Assembly: GCF_003367075.2 (NCBI RefSeq)
Contig: NZ_CP065936.1
Span: 2,754,693 to 2,786,692 of the forward strand
Length of the DNA stretch: 32,000 nucleotides
Direction of reading: 5' to 3'
From: Cylindrospermopsis raciborskii Cr2010
Lineage (GTDB): Bacteria > Cyanobacteriota > Cyanobacteriia > Cyanobacteriales > Nostocaceae
The position numbers were made by a program, and so were the translations under genes. The notes beneath the pieces were generated by a model. It searched no databases. It was given only the letters and a program-made list of their open reading frames with translations, and was not told where the DNA came from. This document shows, in pieces, positions 9,469 to 18,676 of this stretch (the first letter of the stretch is position 1; each line of letters opens with the position of its first letter).

Positions 9469-10617
9469 ATGAAATTAATTTGCTCTCAAAGCGATCTTAG
9501 TACCAATCTCGCCCTGGTCAGTCGTGCAGTACCATCTAGACCTACCCATCCCATATTAGCTAATGTACTCTTGCAAGCGGATGTAAATACGAATCAAGTT
9601 AGTTTAACAGCTTTTGATTTAAGCTTGGGTATTCGTACTAGTTTCACTGCGGAGGTGATAGAAGGTGGAGCAGTTGCTCTCCCTGCTAAAATCTTAGTGG
9701 ATATTACTTCCCGTTTACCAGAGGGGGATATTACCCTAGATGACCAATCGGGAGACTCTACTACAGAAGGTATAAATTTTATTCTAAAGCCCAAAAATGG
9801 TAAGTATGAACTTAGGTCCATGGGGGCAGAAGAATTTCCTGAATTACCCTTAATTGAGAGTTCCAATCCTATCCAAATAACCACTGCAGCTCTAGTTGAG
9901 GGTTTAAAAGGTTCATTATTTGCTACTAGTAGTGATGAAACTAAGCAGGTTCTAACAGGGGTACATTTAACAGTTAAACAGGATGTCTTAGAGTTTGCAG
10001 CTACGGATGGACATCGGTTGGCGGTTTTAGAAACCATTAATGAACGTCCCCTGGAAAATGATGAACAACTGGAAGTGACCGTACCTGCTAGGGCATTACG
10101 AGAACTACAAAGAATGCTAAACCATAGTGCTTCAGAAGAGGCAGTATCTTTATGTTTAGACGAAGGTCAAATAGTATTTGCTTGGCAAAATCAACGTTTA
10201 ACTAGTCGCACCCTGGAGGGTCAATACCCTTCCTATAGACAATTAATACCTCGTCAGTTTGAAAGACAACTGGTGTTGGAAAGGAAGCAATTTATCAGTA
10301 CTTTGGAACGAATTGCCATATTAGCTGACCAGAAAAACAATATTGTTAAAATCAGTATGAATACTGGAGACCAGGAAATTACTTTATCTTGTGAAGCCCA
10401 AGATGTGGGTAATGCTACTGAGTCAATGCCCGCACAAATTTCCGGAGAAGATATTGATATTGCCTTTAATGTCAAGTATCTCCTAGAAGGACTGAAGGAA
10501 TTGCCATCTACGGAAATTCAGATGCACTTGAATCAAAATCTCACCCCGGTGATTTTTACTCCCCTAGGTGGTTTAAAGATGACCTATTTAGCTATGCCCG
10601 TACAGTTGAGAAATTAA
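9469..10617 (+). CDS. dnaN: DNA polymerase III beta sliding clamp
   Basis: The ORF track starts at GTG 9457. ATG 9469 (MKLICSQSDLSTNLALVSRAVPSRPTHPILANVLL) gives the typical DnaN N-terminus. Length is about 382 aa, with three-domain clamp-like repeats. Confidence 0.92.
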   Translation: MKLICSQSDLSTNLALVSRAVPSRPTHPILANVLLQADVNTNQVSLTAFDLSLGIRTSFTAEVIEGGAVALPAKILVDITSRLPEGDITLDDQSGDSTTEGINFILKPKNGKYELRSMGAEEFPELPLIESSNPIQITTAALVEGLKGSLFATSSDETKQVLTGVHLTVKQDVLEFAATDGHRLAVLETINERPLENDEQLEVTVPARALRELQRMLNHSASEEAVSLCLDEGQIVFAWQNQRLTSRTLEGQYPSYRQLIPRQFERQLVLERKQFISTLERIAILADQKNNIVKISMNTGDQEITLSCEAQDVGNATESMPAQISGEDIDIAFNVKYLLEGLKELPSTEIQMHLNQNLTPVIFTPLGGLKMTYLAMPVQLRN

Positions 10618-10738
10618 ATTTAGTATTTAACTACTCAAAATCGTAATGACTGTGATATAGTTGGAATAGACTGTAAATAAACTGTCACAAAACCCACGCC
10701 GAAAATTTGATACAATGTGCTGAAGGAGAAGTATTTTA

Positions 10739-11329
10739 ATGACTAGTCTTCGTGTTGGCCAACAGGCTCCCGATTTTACAGCCACAGCTGTGGTAGACCA
10801 AGATTTTAAGGCTGTCAAACTTGCTGAATATCGTGGCAAGTATGTGGTTCTGTTTTTCTATCCCTTGGATTTTACCTTTGTTTGCCCCACTGAGATCACA
10901 GCATTTAGCGATCGCTACGAAGAGTTCAAGAAATTGAACACAGAGGTATTAGGTATTTCTGTGGATAGTGAATTTTCTCACTTGGCGTGGATTCAAGCAG
11001 ACCGCAAATCTGGTGGTGTTGGCGATTTGAACTATCCCCTGGTTTCAGATATTAAAAAAGAAATTAGCACTGCTTACAATGTTCTTGACCCCGATGCTGG
11101 GATTGCTTTGCGTGGTCTGTTTATCATTGACAAGGATGGGGTTATTCAACACGCTACCATAAATAACTTGGCTTTTGGTCGTAGCGTGGATGAGACCCTA
11201 CGCATACTGCAAGCAATTCAGCACGTACAATCACATCCTGATGAAGTTTGTCCAGCTGGCTGGCAACCGGGTGAAAAGACCATGATTCCTGATCCTGTGA
11301 AGTCCAAAGTGTACTTTGCAGCAGTATAG
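10739..11329 (+). CDS. Typical 2-Cys peroxiredoxin (AhpC/TSA, BAS1-like)
   Basis: 196 aa. Peroxidatic Cys motif [13 protein letters not shown] and resolving Cys motif EVCPAGW. AGGAG sits 11 nt upstream of the ATG. Confidence 0.93.
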   Translation: MTSLRVGQQAPDFTATAVVDQDFKAVKLAEYRGKYVVLFFYPLDFTFVCPTEITAFSDRYEEFKKLNTEVLGISVDSEFSHLAWIQADRKSGGVGDLNYPLVSDIKKEISTAYNVLDPDAGIALRGLFIIDKDGVIQHATINNLAFGRSVDETLRILQAIQHVQSHPDEVCPAGWQPGEKTMIPDPVKSKVYFAAV

Positions 11330-11338
11330 AGTAAAATA

Positions 11339-11372
11339 GACCAGCGGAAAAATTCCTCCGCTGGTTATTCTT
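11339..11372. terminator. Bidirectional intrinsic terminator between convergent genes
   Basis: Perfect 8-bp stem CCAGCGGA (11341-11348) / TCCGCTGG (11357-11364) with an 8-nt loop. It is followed by T-rich sequence on both strands (ttattctt on +, tctatttta on -). Confidence 0.7.
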
Positions 11373-11376
11373 GACT

Positions 11377-12120
11377 TTAGGGGATAGCGTTTCTCAATTG
11401 TTTAAGGGTACGACCAATACCAACGAAACTTGCGTCTTGAGACAGACGTTTGAGAGTAGGTGGTTTACTTTCGATAACAATACCGTTGTAAGCAGTAATG
11501 GCAGCACTGAGCTTGTCAATGTTGACGCTAAATGCCGCACCTGCTTGTGCCACTGTATTATTACCTTTCCAATCCTTAGTGCTAACTAACATAGCACCGG
11601 GTGAAGATGCAGTGGAAGGTGAGAATAAACCGTTCAGCGCATTAACCAGTGCGATCGCCAGCTGGGGACTAATACCCGCCGATGTTAAAGCTGCTGTTAT
11701 TCTTGCAGCAGCTTCCGTTACCCCTGGACGTGCAAGCACGAGGGTGACCAAGTCAGTAGTATTAGCGCTTGTGCCAAGCACTTGAACTATGTTAGGAACT
11801 AGCTGGTTTAGGGCTGATTGAACTTCTTGTGTAACCGCTAGAGTTGCACTTTGCCCCTCTCTGGTTACGATTATGCTCTCTGCATTAGGTATGAAGGTGA
11901 CACCGCTTCCACCACTAGAACCTCCTGGAGTTGTTTTCCCGGTTGGTGGTGGTGGTTGTGTTGGTTGTACAGGATCTTGTGGAATTGATGGTGGTGAAGG
12001 CAATACATTTCCACTAGGACCTCCTGGTGTTGTGCTACCTCCCTCACTGGTCAATTGCAAAGATGCTAATAAGAACGGGACTAGACTTAAGGTAAAAATG
12101 AGACTTTTGGGTTTTAACAT
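11377..12120 (-). CDS. Secreted hypothetical protein, signal peptide plus Pro/Gly-rich spacer plus Ala/Leu-rich domain
   Basis: 247 aa. N-terminus MLKPKSLIFTLSLVPFLLASLQL, then PGGPSGNVLPSPPSIPQDPVQPTQPPPPTGK. I recognise no family. It lies 34 nt downstream of the preceding gene on the same strand. Confidence 0.6.
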   Translation of the reverse strand: MLKPKSLIFTLSLVPFLLASLQLTSEGGSTTPGGPSGNVLPSPPSIPQDPVQPTQPPPPTGKTTPGGSSGGSGVTFIPNAESIIVTREGQSATLAVTQEVQSALNQLVPNIVQVLGTSANTTDLVTLVLARPGVTEAAARITAALTSAGISPQLAIALVNALNGLFSPSTASSPGAMLVSTKDWKGNNTVAQAGAAFSVNIDKLSAAITAYNGIVIESKPPTLKRLSQDASFVGIGRTLKQLRNAIP

Positions 12121-12154
12121 GATGATTATCTAATAAACTATAGTACCTATGTAA

Positions 12155-13141
12155 TTACTTAGGTAAAAAATTGAACCCATAGCTGACGCTCAAAGAAAGT
12201 ATGGTGCCACCAGGGCTATTATTAGTGATATCCGCACCCTGGGCTGTAATTGTTAAAGGTAAGGTAGGTATGGGAACATAGGAAGCACCAAGGTTAAAAC
12301 CCACTCCACTCCAACCGAAACCTACACCCAATTGGGGTTGAACCTGCATACCCACACTGCCAAACACACCTGTGCTAGCAAATTCTTGTCTAAACGGACC
12401 ACCCCCAGCGCCTAAGGAAACGGAGATAGGCATTTTATTGACCTCATCATCTGGCTGTAATAGGGAGTAACTAGTAACCACACCGTAAGCTCCAGAAGGG
12501 GTAACACCATCAGTACCATACTGGGCAAAATAGTTCCAACCTGCGGCCACAGCCACCTGGTTGTTACCCTGGGCATAGACAAGACGGTGAACTTTCAGGT
12601 CAAAGCTGCCATTAGCGCCAAACTTTCTAATACTATTGTTGCTGAAACCCAATTCTAAGGCTGCAAATTTGCTAGATTCCCCTATGCCAGCGCCAAGGTT
12701 AATGCCACCATCATACTGACCATCTCTAAGTTTACCGGGGGTAGTACCTGTTATTCCTATAAACACATCACCCGTGTTAGCACCAAAAGCACTTACACCC
12801 GCAAAAGTAAGTCCAGGGGGATAGGTAGGCTTTTGCACTTCCCGTGGTTTAGTTTTTACCAGAGGTTCAATTAGCAATTCTTGCCGAATTCTTCTTACTT
12901 CTTCCGGACTGATATTCTCAGCTTGTGAAATCTGTGGGGGAATGGACCTGGTTTCGTAGCCATTCTGATTGGTGACACCCTCTCCCGCGAATACAAGATC
13001 TGGAGACAGTACCAAAGTTAAAAGGATACTGGGCAAGGTTAGGGAGAGTGCTGAAAAAACTAAGCCCCGCTGATTGTAACCTGGTGTAAAATAAGGCTGT
13101 GTGTTGTTCAAAATATTACTCCTCACTGGACATTCTACCAT
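12155..13141 (-). CDS. Putative outer-membrane beta-barrel protein (unassigned family)
   Basis: 328 aa. Hydrophobic N-terminal segment (LVFSALSLTLPSILLTLVL). The C-terminal ~230 aa is Gly-rich with alternating amphipathic strands (AALELGFS, FDLKVHRLVY, VAVAAGWNYFA, YGVVTSYSLL, LGVGFGWSG, ILSLSVSYGFNF). The start codon is uncertain. Confidence 0.55.
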   Translation of the reverse strand: MVECPVRSNILNNTQPYFTPGYNQRGLVFSALSLTLPSILLTLVLSPDLVFAGEGVTNQNGYETRSIPPQISQAENISPEEVRRIRQELLIEPLVKTKPREVQKPTYPPGLTFAGVSAFGANTGDVFIGITGTTPGKLRDGQYDGGINLGAGIGESSKFAALELGFSNNSIRKFGANGSFDLKVHRLVYAQGNNQVAVAAGWNYFAQYGTDGVTPSGAYGVVTSYSLLQPDDEVNKMPISVSLGAGGGPFRQEFASTGVFGSVGMQVQPQLGVGFGWSGVGFNLGASYVPIPTLPLTITAQGADITNNSPGGTILSLSVSYGFNFLPK

Positions 13142-13221
13142 AGTAAATGTTTGCCCGGCTATATTTTGTTGCTATAAGTAAGTTGGCGTTAAAAGACCAA
13201 ACTATGTAAAGATAAATAGGA

Positions 13222-13327
13222 TAAGTGGGTGAGTGGAATTAAACGCAAGATGAGCGTAGGTTGGGTTGAGGAACGAAACCCAACGCCCCCATGGGCATCC
13301 TACAAATAATTGTGCCTCCCTACTTAA
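13222..13327. repeat. MITE-like element carrying the 29-bp hairpin core GTAGGTTGGGTTGAGGAACGAAACCCAAC (13256-13284)
   Basis: The core is the exact reverse complement of the core present in each 85-bp unit at 23835-24165. The imperfect terminal inverted repeats are TAAGTGGGTGAG (left) and CCTCCCTACTTA (right). The right arm is homologous to 4698-4730. Confidence 0.45.
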
Positions 13328-13422
13328 ACCTTTGCTTAGTGTATCATTAAAGTACCGGTTCATAAAACCCCTAGGTTTCGTATTTTTGTGTAAATTTTTG
13401 TGATGTTGTTATTTACTTGGAG

Positions 13423-14949
13423 TTATGGTTTAGGTGTTGTTCGGGAATTGTCTGTTGCTGGAGAAGGTTTTTTGGTATAACGACGTTCAAAAATTTCTGC
13501 GGATTTCTGATAATCCACCAGGGCGGCTGAAAAATTCCCAGTCAGAGTATATGCTGTAGCACGATTGATGTAGGCGTTAAAATCATCTGGATCAATTATA
13601 ATTGCTAAGGTTGACACCTTGATAGAAGCAGCGTAGTCCTTTAAATAGTTAAACACATCACTCTGAATTGTATAACCATAACTGTTATTAGGGTCTAGAC
13701 GAATAGCTTGCTTGGAAGATTCCAGTGCTGCTTGATACTTACCCAGCTTAATATAAGCCATACCTTGATGGGCATAAGCTATAGAATAACTGGGATTGAG
13801 GCGAATTGCCCGATTGAAATCCTCAAGAGCGGCCTGATCATTTTGTAACCAAATATAAGTCCAACCACGATTTAGATAACCATCCAAATAATTTGGATCC
13901 AAGGCAATTACCTGGTTAAAGTCGGAGAGGGCTTCTTCGTATCTTCTAAGCCAACTGAGGGCATACCCACGCTTGAAATAAGCTTCTGCATATTTGGGGT
14001 CAATTTTGATTGCCTGATCAAAATCATCTAGAGACTCTTTATAATTAAGCTGGTCTAACTTAGTAATACCTCTAGCATAAAAATCTCGTGCAGATTGGGG
14101 AGAATTTAAGCGTTCCTGTGGTACTTCCCCAGTAGCAGTAGTATTCCTTTGAATTGGCAGCTCTTTGACCAAGGGGTTATTGAAGTTCAAAAAAGTATTA
14201 ATGGGAATGCCAGCATTAAATCCCGTTTTCTGTGATACTATTTCTCCCGTTTCTGTTTTACTCTTAGCTGATGTGTCAGCTAACCCGTGAATTCCCACCA
14301 CCCTACCCTTAATATCAAAAACTGGGCCCCCGCTATTACCGGTAAGAGTTTTAGCATCGTAAATTAAACTATAACCGTTGATAGAAGTTCTACCGCGAGA
14401 AAGAACGATCCCTTTGGTAAAAGTAAAGTCCCTAGCTGAGCCAATTTTATTAAATACAGCTGGAAATCCGCCCACAAACACATCGGATGCTTCCGTCATT
14501 TGGTCAGAATCACCTACATTGGCTGTGGGATATTCCTGTGTAGCTACAAAGCTAACTAGGGCCAAATCAGGATCATTTTTAGTTGACTGTAGGACTACAA
14601 TGTCTTTTGATTTAATAGGGTATTCTTTGCCATCATTTGTTCTTACAGAATAGGTAATGTCTTTAGCGCAGAGGATTTTTCCAGGTCTGTCTATAATATC
14701 ACAGACCACGTGATTGGCGGTTAGTACAGAATAACGATTACCTTGTTTGGCAATAATTACTCCTGAACCCCCAGGGGTAACGTCACCCTCCGTATTAATT
14801 TGTACAGATGTCTTCTTAGCAATTTGTGCTATATCTTGGATACTGATAGTATCAGCAGCTATTGAAGTAGTAGATAAAACAGCTGTTGCAGCAGTGATAA
14901 GAGTTGTTACTAGTAGGGAGTTATTTGTTATTCCAAGTTTAAAATTCAT
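13423..14949 (-). CDS. Exported trypsin-fold (S1, DegP-core-like) serine protease fused to six C-terminal TPR repeats
   Basis: 508 aa. Signal-like N-terminus. Catalytic triad contexts TANHVV (His), DLALVSF (Asp) and TGNSGGPVF (Ser). Six 34-aa TPR units (..AEAYFKRGYALSWLRRYEEALSDFNQVIALDPNY..). No PDZ domain. Confidence 0.85.
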   Translation of the reverse strand: MNFKLGITNNSLLVTTLITAATAVLSTTSIAADTISIQDIAQIAKKTSVQINTEGDVTPGGSGVIIAKQGNRYSVLTANHVVCDIIDRPGKILCAKDITYSVRTNDGKEYPIKSKDIVVLQSTKNDPDLALVSFVATQEYPTANVGDSDQMTEASDVFVGGFPAVFNKIGSARDFTFTKGIVLSRGRTSINGYSLIYDAKTLTGNSGGPVFDIKGRVVGIHGLADTSAKSKTETGEIVSQKTGFNAGIPINTFLNFNNPLVKELPIQRNTTATGEVPQERLNSPQSARDFYARGITKLDQLNYKESLDDFDQAIKIDPKYAEAYFKRGYALSWLRRYEEALSDFNQVIALDPNYLDGYLNRGWTYIWLQNDQAALEDFNRAIRLNPSYSIAYAHQGMAYIKLGKYQAALESSKQAIRLDPNNSYGYTIQSDVFNYLKDYAASIKVSTLAIIIDPDDFNAYINRATAYTLTGNFSAALVDYQKSAEIFERRYTKKPSPATDNSRTTPKP

Positions 14950-15761
14950 TGTTTCTGCTCTTGAATGAAATCAACCACAGTAGCAATGGGGATGGCCCAA
15001 CTTAAGGACTCAATTCTACGGTAATCTGCCCTGTTGGGTTTAGTCCCATCAGTAAAAATAAAGGCATTAATTCCTTGAAAGGGATACTTTAATAACCCGC
15101 TGATACCAACAAGTTCCCCCCGTTGGTTTAAAACGGGTCCTCCACTCATACCTTGGGTAAAATCATTGGTGAAACCCACCTTATAGCCACCAACTAGGGT
15201 TTTACGGAGATACATTTTGATCTTACCCGGTTGTAGCTTGAAAGCACCCAGTCCCCAATCCCGGGTTGTTTCTACTTTGGTGATATTGTCACCATTAAAA
15301 ACAAAATGCCACGCTGGAAACCCAGATACATATACCACTTCCCCCTCAGATATATTTGGCGATCGGGAAAATTGCACAAATTGATAGTTTTCCCCACTGG
15401 TAAATTCCACCAGTGCTAGATCTAAAGAATGGGGATTGACTGTTGGTACTTGCTGTGCTTTGTAAATCTTACCATCAGGTGTTAAAACTTCATAACCACT
15501 CTCAGGACTATCCACTACCACGTGATCATTGGTCAAAACCGTGTAGGTTTGTCCTTCACGGTTGATAATCACTCCTGACCCAGATCCAGATTTAGTAAAA
15601 ATTCTTACTGTTACTTTACTGGCAGTCCTGGCAGCGGCAAATTCAAATCCGGGATGGGGTGTGGAAGCTAGCAAGTTGGGTACAGTATGAGGATACACAA
15701 TGGGGGAAAAAATTGTTGTCAGTAATGCCACAGACAATCTAAAGGATATGGGGTAAAACAC
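14946..15761 (-). CDS. Exported trypsin-fold (S1) serine protease
   Basis: 271 aa. Triad contexts TNDHVV, DLALVEF and TQGMSGGPVL. Hydrophobic N-terminus. Its stop overlaps the start of the downstream protease gene by 4 nt (ATGA at 14946-14949). Confidence 0.8.
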   Translation of the reverse strand: MFYPISFRLSVALLTTIFSPIVYPHTVPNLLASTPHPGFEFAAARTASKVTVRIFTKSGSGSGVIINREGQTYTVLTNDHVVVDSPESGYEVLTPDGKIYKAQQVPTVNPHSLDLALVEFTSGENYQFVQFSRSPNISEGEVVYVSGFPAWHFVFNGDNITKVETTRDWGLGAFKLQPGKIKMYLRKTLVGGYKVGFTNDFTQGMSGGPVLNQRGELVGISGLLKYPFQGINAFIFTDGTKPNRADYRRIESLSWAIPIATVVDFIQEQKQ

Positions 15762-15815
15762 AGCGATTCACTTAAAAAAGGAGCAGTTGATTGATTCTTT
15801 TCATTCGGGTAGAAT

Positions 15816-16433
15816 TTACAGTTTGAACCTCCGATCAGAGTTTGCTGGTGGTCTTATTTGGTCGGAATCCTGGGGTTTTAGGTCATTCTGGTCGAGGACC
15901 TCACTTAATTCAAGTTGCAGACGACTGCTTGTTTCTCGGACAACACCTGCGCTGGAACCTTGTTTACTAATTCCCGTCAGTTGGGCCAGAATCTCATTGG
16001 CTTTCTGAGCATTTTCCGGTTTAAGAGTAAACAATAAATTCTTGTCACTACAACCTGTTCCACTAGTTGTAGAGGCTATACAAATAACCGTCTCTTTGTT
16101 AACACGACCTTTAATTAGAGCTACGTTTTTTAGGCGTCCACCATTTTGTTTCACGGCCTGATTAAATCTAGATGTTACCATTCGGCAACGATTTTGAGGA
16201 GTATAGTTATCTCCAAAATATTTAGAACCCGCGTCTGTCCAAGTAATTACGGTAATTGGACTACCACCAGGACGCTGGCCAACGGTAGCCCAATTGCCAT
16301 TGCCTTGGGAAACACATGTAAACTTGGTGCCATTGTAGGCTTCAGTAGGGGGCTTAGCTTGTACTCCAGTCTGAATCAAAGTTCCTGCTAGGGTTAAACT
16401 AGCAACTAGAACTGTCGTGGATAGTTTCATCAT
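15816..16433 (-). CDS. COP23 (circadian oscillating protein) family paralog 5, exported
   Basis: 205 aa. Signal peptide, then the core YNGTKFTCVSQGNGNWATVGQRPGG..ITWT..YFG..YTPQNRC..VTSRFNQAV..VICIA..GC..LLFTLKPENA with 4 conserved Cys. The family assignment is from memory of COP23 sequences. Confidence 0.75.
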   Translation of the reverse strand: MMKLSTTVLVASLTLAGTLIQTGVQAKPPTEAYNGTKFTCVSQGNGNWATVGQRPGGSPITVITWTDAGSKYFGDNYTPQNRCRMVTSRFNQAVKQNGGRLKNVALIKGRVNKETVICIASTTSGTGCSDKNLLFTLKPENAQKANEILAQLTGISKQGSSAGVVRETSSRLQLELSEVLDQNDLKPQDSDQIRPPANSDRRFKL

Positions 16434-16463
16434 GCATCATTCCCTTTTCCCATTATAATTACT

Positions 16464-17159
16464 TTACAAACCAGGTTGATTACGTCGGTTATTTTGAACT
16501 TTTGGCCTTTTAACAGGTGAAGAGGATGAGCGTCGAGCTGCTAGCACATCACTCAGTTTGACTGTAACCCGTTGGCGACTACTTCTTGTTTCGGTAATCA
16601 CACCTCCTTCCGATCCCTTCTTGCTAATCTCCAGGAGTTGAGATAAAACCTTATCAGGGTTTTTGGCATTTTCCGGTTTCAGGGTAAATAGGGTATTTTT
16701 ATCTTGACAACCATTATCTCGGTCGGAAATTACACAAATAACAACCTGACCATTAACATTGCCACTGGTTAATAAAACATCTTGAAGCCTACCACCACTC
16801 TCTTGTACTGCTGTGTTGAACTTGCGGGTGACAATTTGACACCGGTTTTCGGGGGCAAATTGGCTACCAAAATATTTGGAAGCTGATTGAGTCCAAATAA
16901 TCACAGGTATTGGTTGGCCACCAGGGCGCTGACCAACGGTAGCCCACTTGCCATTACCCTGGGATACACAGGCAAATTTCGTCCCATTATAGCTTTCATC
17001 ACCAGTCGGTTCTGAGTCTGATGGGTTGTCGGATGCAGGAATAGTGGGGGGGTTAGGGGGGTTATCTCCACTTTCCACTGGCACAGCTCTCACCATGCTA
17101 GGATGCCAACCGGCTGATACAGCTATAAAAGTAGCTAAAACTGTTGCTGAAAATTTCAT
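16464..17159 (-). CDS. COP23 family paralog 4, exported, with a Pro/Asp/Ser-rich N-terminal spacer
   Basis: 231 aa. Same core as paralog 5 (YNGTKFACVSQGNGKWATVGQRPGGQPIPVIIWT..NRCQIVTRKFNTAV..VVICVIS..GC..LFTLKPENA). Basic tail ..VKRPKVQNNRRNQPGL. Confidence 0.75.
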   Translation of the reverse strand: MKFSATVLATFIAVSAGWHPSMVRAVPVESGDNPPNPPTIPASDNPSDSEPTGDESYNGTKFACVSQGNGKWATVGQRPGGQPIPVIIWTQSASKYFGSQFAPENRCQIVTRKFNTAVQESGGRLQDVLLTSGNVNGQVVICVISDRDNGCQDKNTLFTLKPENAKNPDKVLSQLLEISKKGSEGGVITETRSSRQRVTVKLSDVLAARRSSSSPVKRPKVQNNRRNQPGL

Positions 17160-17210
17160 AATATCCTGTTATTTTTTACCAAAGAAGTGTGAAAAGTTCT
17201 GAGTTTTCTA

Positions 17211-17870
17211 TCACAGACCACCTGTATTGGGTCTGGGAGTTTTGCGGGTTCTGGGTGTTTGTTGAGGCAAGCGCTTGGCTGCTTTGGAGATAACTTCACC
17301 TAGGTTTACTGTGGCACGAGAACGACCTCTTGTTTCAGTAATAACCCCTGCACTGGAACCTCTAATACTAATTTGAGTCAGGGTTTCTAAAACCCTATTA
17401 GGGTCTTTGGCATTTTCGGGTTTCAGGGCAAACAGGGTATTGTTACCATCACAACCTCCTGTGTCCTTTAAAGAAAGTGCGCAAATAACAGTTTTGTCAC
17501 CGACTTCTCCCCAGGTTAAAACTACGTCGTAAAGATTGCCAGCGCTATCTTCTACGGCTTGGTTGAGATTGGCTGTGACGATTTCACAACGGCTCTTGGG
17601 ATTATAGTTTTCGCCAAAGGACTGTGCTCCTTTTTTTGTCCACACAATTATGGGAATTGGTCTACCACCAGGGCGCTGTCCAACTGTGGCCCAGTTACCA
17701 CCTTGAGCTACGCAAGCAAATCTCGTCCCATTGTATTGACTGGGATCGCTCGGATCAAAGAATGCGTCATCAGATGATTGGGCTTTTAATTGACCATGTC
17801 CTAAACCCAAAATGCTTGATAGGGTTAGGGTGGCTACTAAACACGTGGTTGAGAATTTGCTACTCATCAT
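17211..17870 (-). CDS. COP23 family paralog 3, exported
   Basis: 219 aa. Roughly 90% identical by eye to paralogs 1 and 2. AAGGAGG lies upstream of the ATG. Tail ..KRLPQQTPRTRKTPRPNTGGL. Confidence 0.78.
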   Translation of the reverse strand: MMSSKFSTTCLVATLTLSSILGLGHGQLKAQSSDDAFFDPSDPSQYNGTRFACVAQGGNWATVGQRPGGRPIPIIVWTKKGAQSFGENYNPKSRCEIVTANLNQAVEDSAGNLYDVVLTWGEVGDKTVICALSLKDTGGCDGNNTLFALKPENAKDPNRVLETLTQISIRGSSAGVITETRGRSRATVNLGEVISKAAKRLPQQTPRTRKTPRPNTGGL

Positions 17871-17961
17871 ATTTCCATACCTCCTTATTTTTTGCTGATG
17901 GCGCGTGGAAAGTTTTGGTTATTCCCCACGCGTTCGACACTTTTGCAATATTTGCCAGTCC

Positions 17962-18621
17962 TTAAACAGAACCTTTAGTTGATCTGGGAGTTTTGCGGGT
18001 TCTGGGTGTTTGTTGAGGCAATCGCTTGGCTGCTTGCGATACAACCCTACCTAAGTTTACACTTAAACGACCTCTTGGTTTAGTTTCACTAACAACCCCT
18101 GCACTAGAGCCTTTAATACTAATTTGAGTCAGGGTTTCTAAAACCTTATTAGGGTCTTTGGCATTTTCAGGTTTCAGAGCAAACAGAGTATTGCTACCAT
18201 CACAACCTCCTTCGTCTTTTAAAGAAAGTGCGCAAATCACAGTTTTGCCATCATCAAGTTTACCCCAGGTTAGGACTACGTCGTAAAGATTGCCAGCGCT
18301 ATCTTCTACCGCTTGGTTGAGATTGGCTGTAACGATTTCACAACGGCTCTTAGGATTATAATTTTCGCCAAAGGACTGTGCTCCTTGTTTTGTCCACACA
18401 ATTATGGGAATTGGTCTACCACCAGGGCGCTGTCCAACTGTGGCCCAGTTACTACCTTGGGCTACACAGGTAAATTTAGTTCCGTTGTATTGACTGCGAT
18501 CGCTCGGATCAAAGAATGAGTCATCTGATGATTGGGCTTTTAATTGACCATGTCCTAAACCCAAAATGCCTGATAGGGCTAGGGTACCTACTAAAAACGC
18601 GGCTGAGAATTTGCTGTTCAT
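17962..18621 (-). CDS. COP23 family paralog 2, exported
   Basis: 219 aa. Near-identical core to paralogs 1 and 3. Tail ..KRLPQQTPRTRKTPRSTKGSV. Confidence 0.78.
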   Translation of the reverse strand: MNSKFSAAFLVGTLALSGILGLGHGQLKAQSSDDSFFDPSDRSQYNGTKFTCVAQGSNWATVGQRPGGRPIPIIVWTKQGAQSFGENYNPKSRCEIVTANLNQAVEDSAGNLYDVVLTWGKLDDGKTVICALSLKDEGGCDGSNTLFALKPENAKDPNKVLETLTQISIKGSSAGVVSETKPRGRLSVNLGRVVSQAAKRLPQQTPRTRKTPRSTKGSV

Positions 18622-18676
18622 AATTTCCCCTTGATCTAGTGTTGGTTTTAATGGTGAGATCTTGCTGGAGCAAAAT

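Noticed and set aside
10640-10700. Three ACTGT-containing repeats and TGTGA..TCACA ends upstream of the peroxiredoxin gene, possibly a CRP/PerR/Fur-type operator
   Set aside because: The spacing between the palindromic halves (about 27 nt) does not fit the CRP-family TGTGA-N6-TCACA site. There is no clear match to a known Fur/PerR box.
11371-12133. Plus-strand ORFs (11371-11589, 11498-11785, 11873-12133) opposite the 247-aa secreted protein gene
   Set aside because: The minus-strand frame has a clear signal peptide, spans the whole interval and ends at the terminator. The plus-strand ORFs are fragmented shadows.
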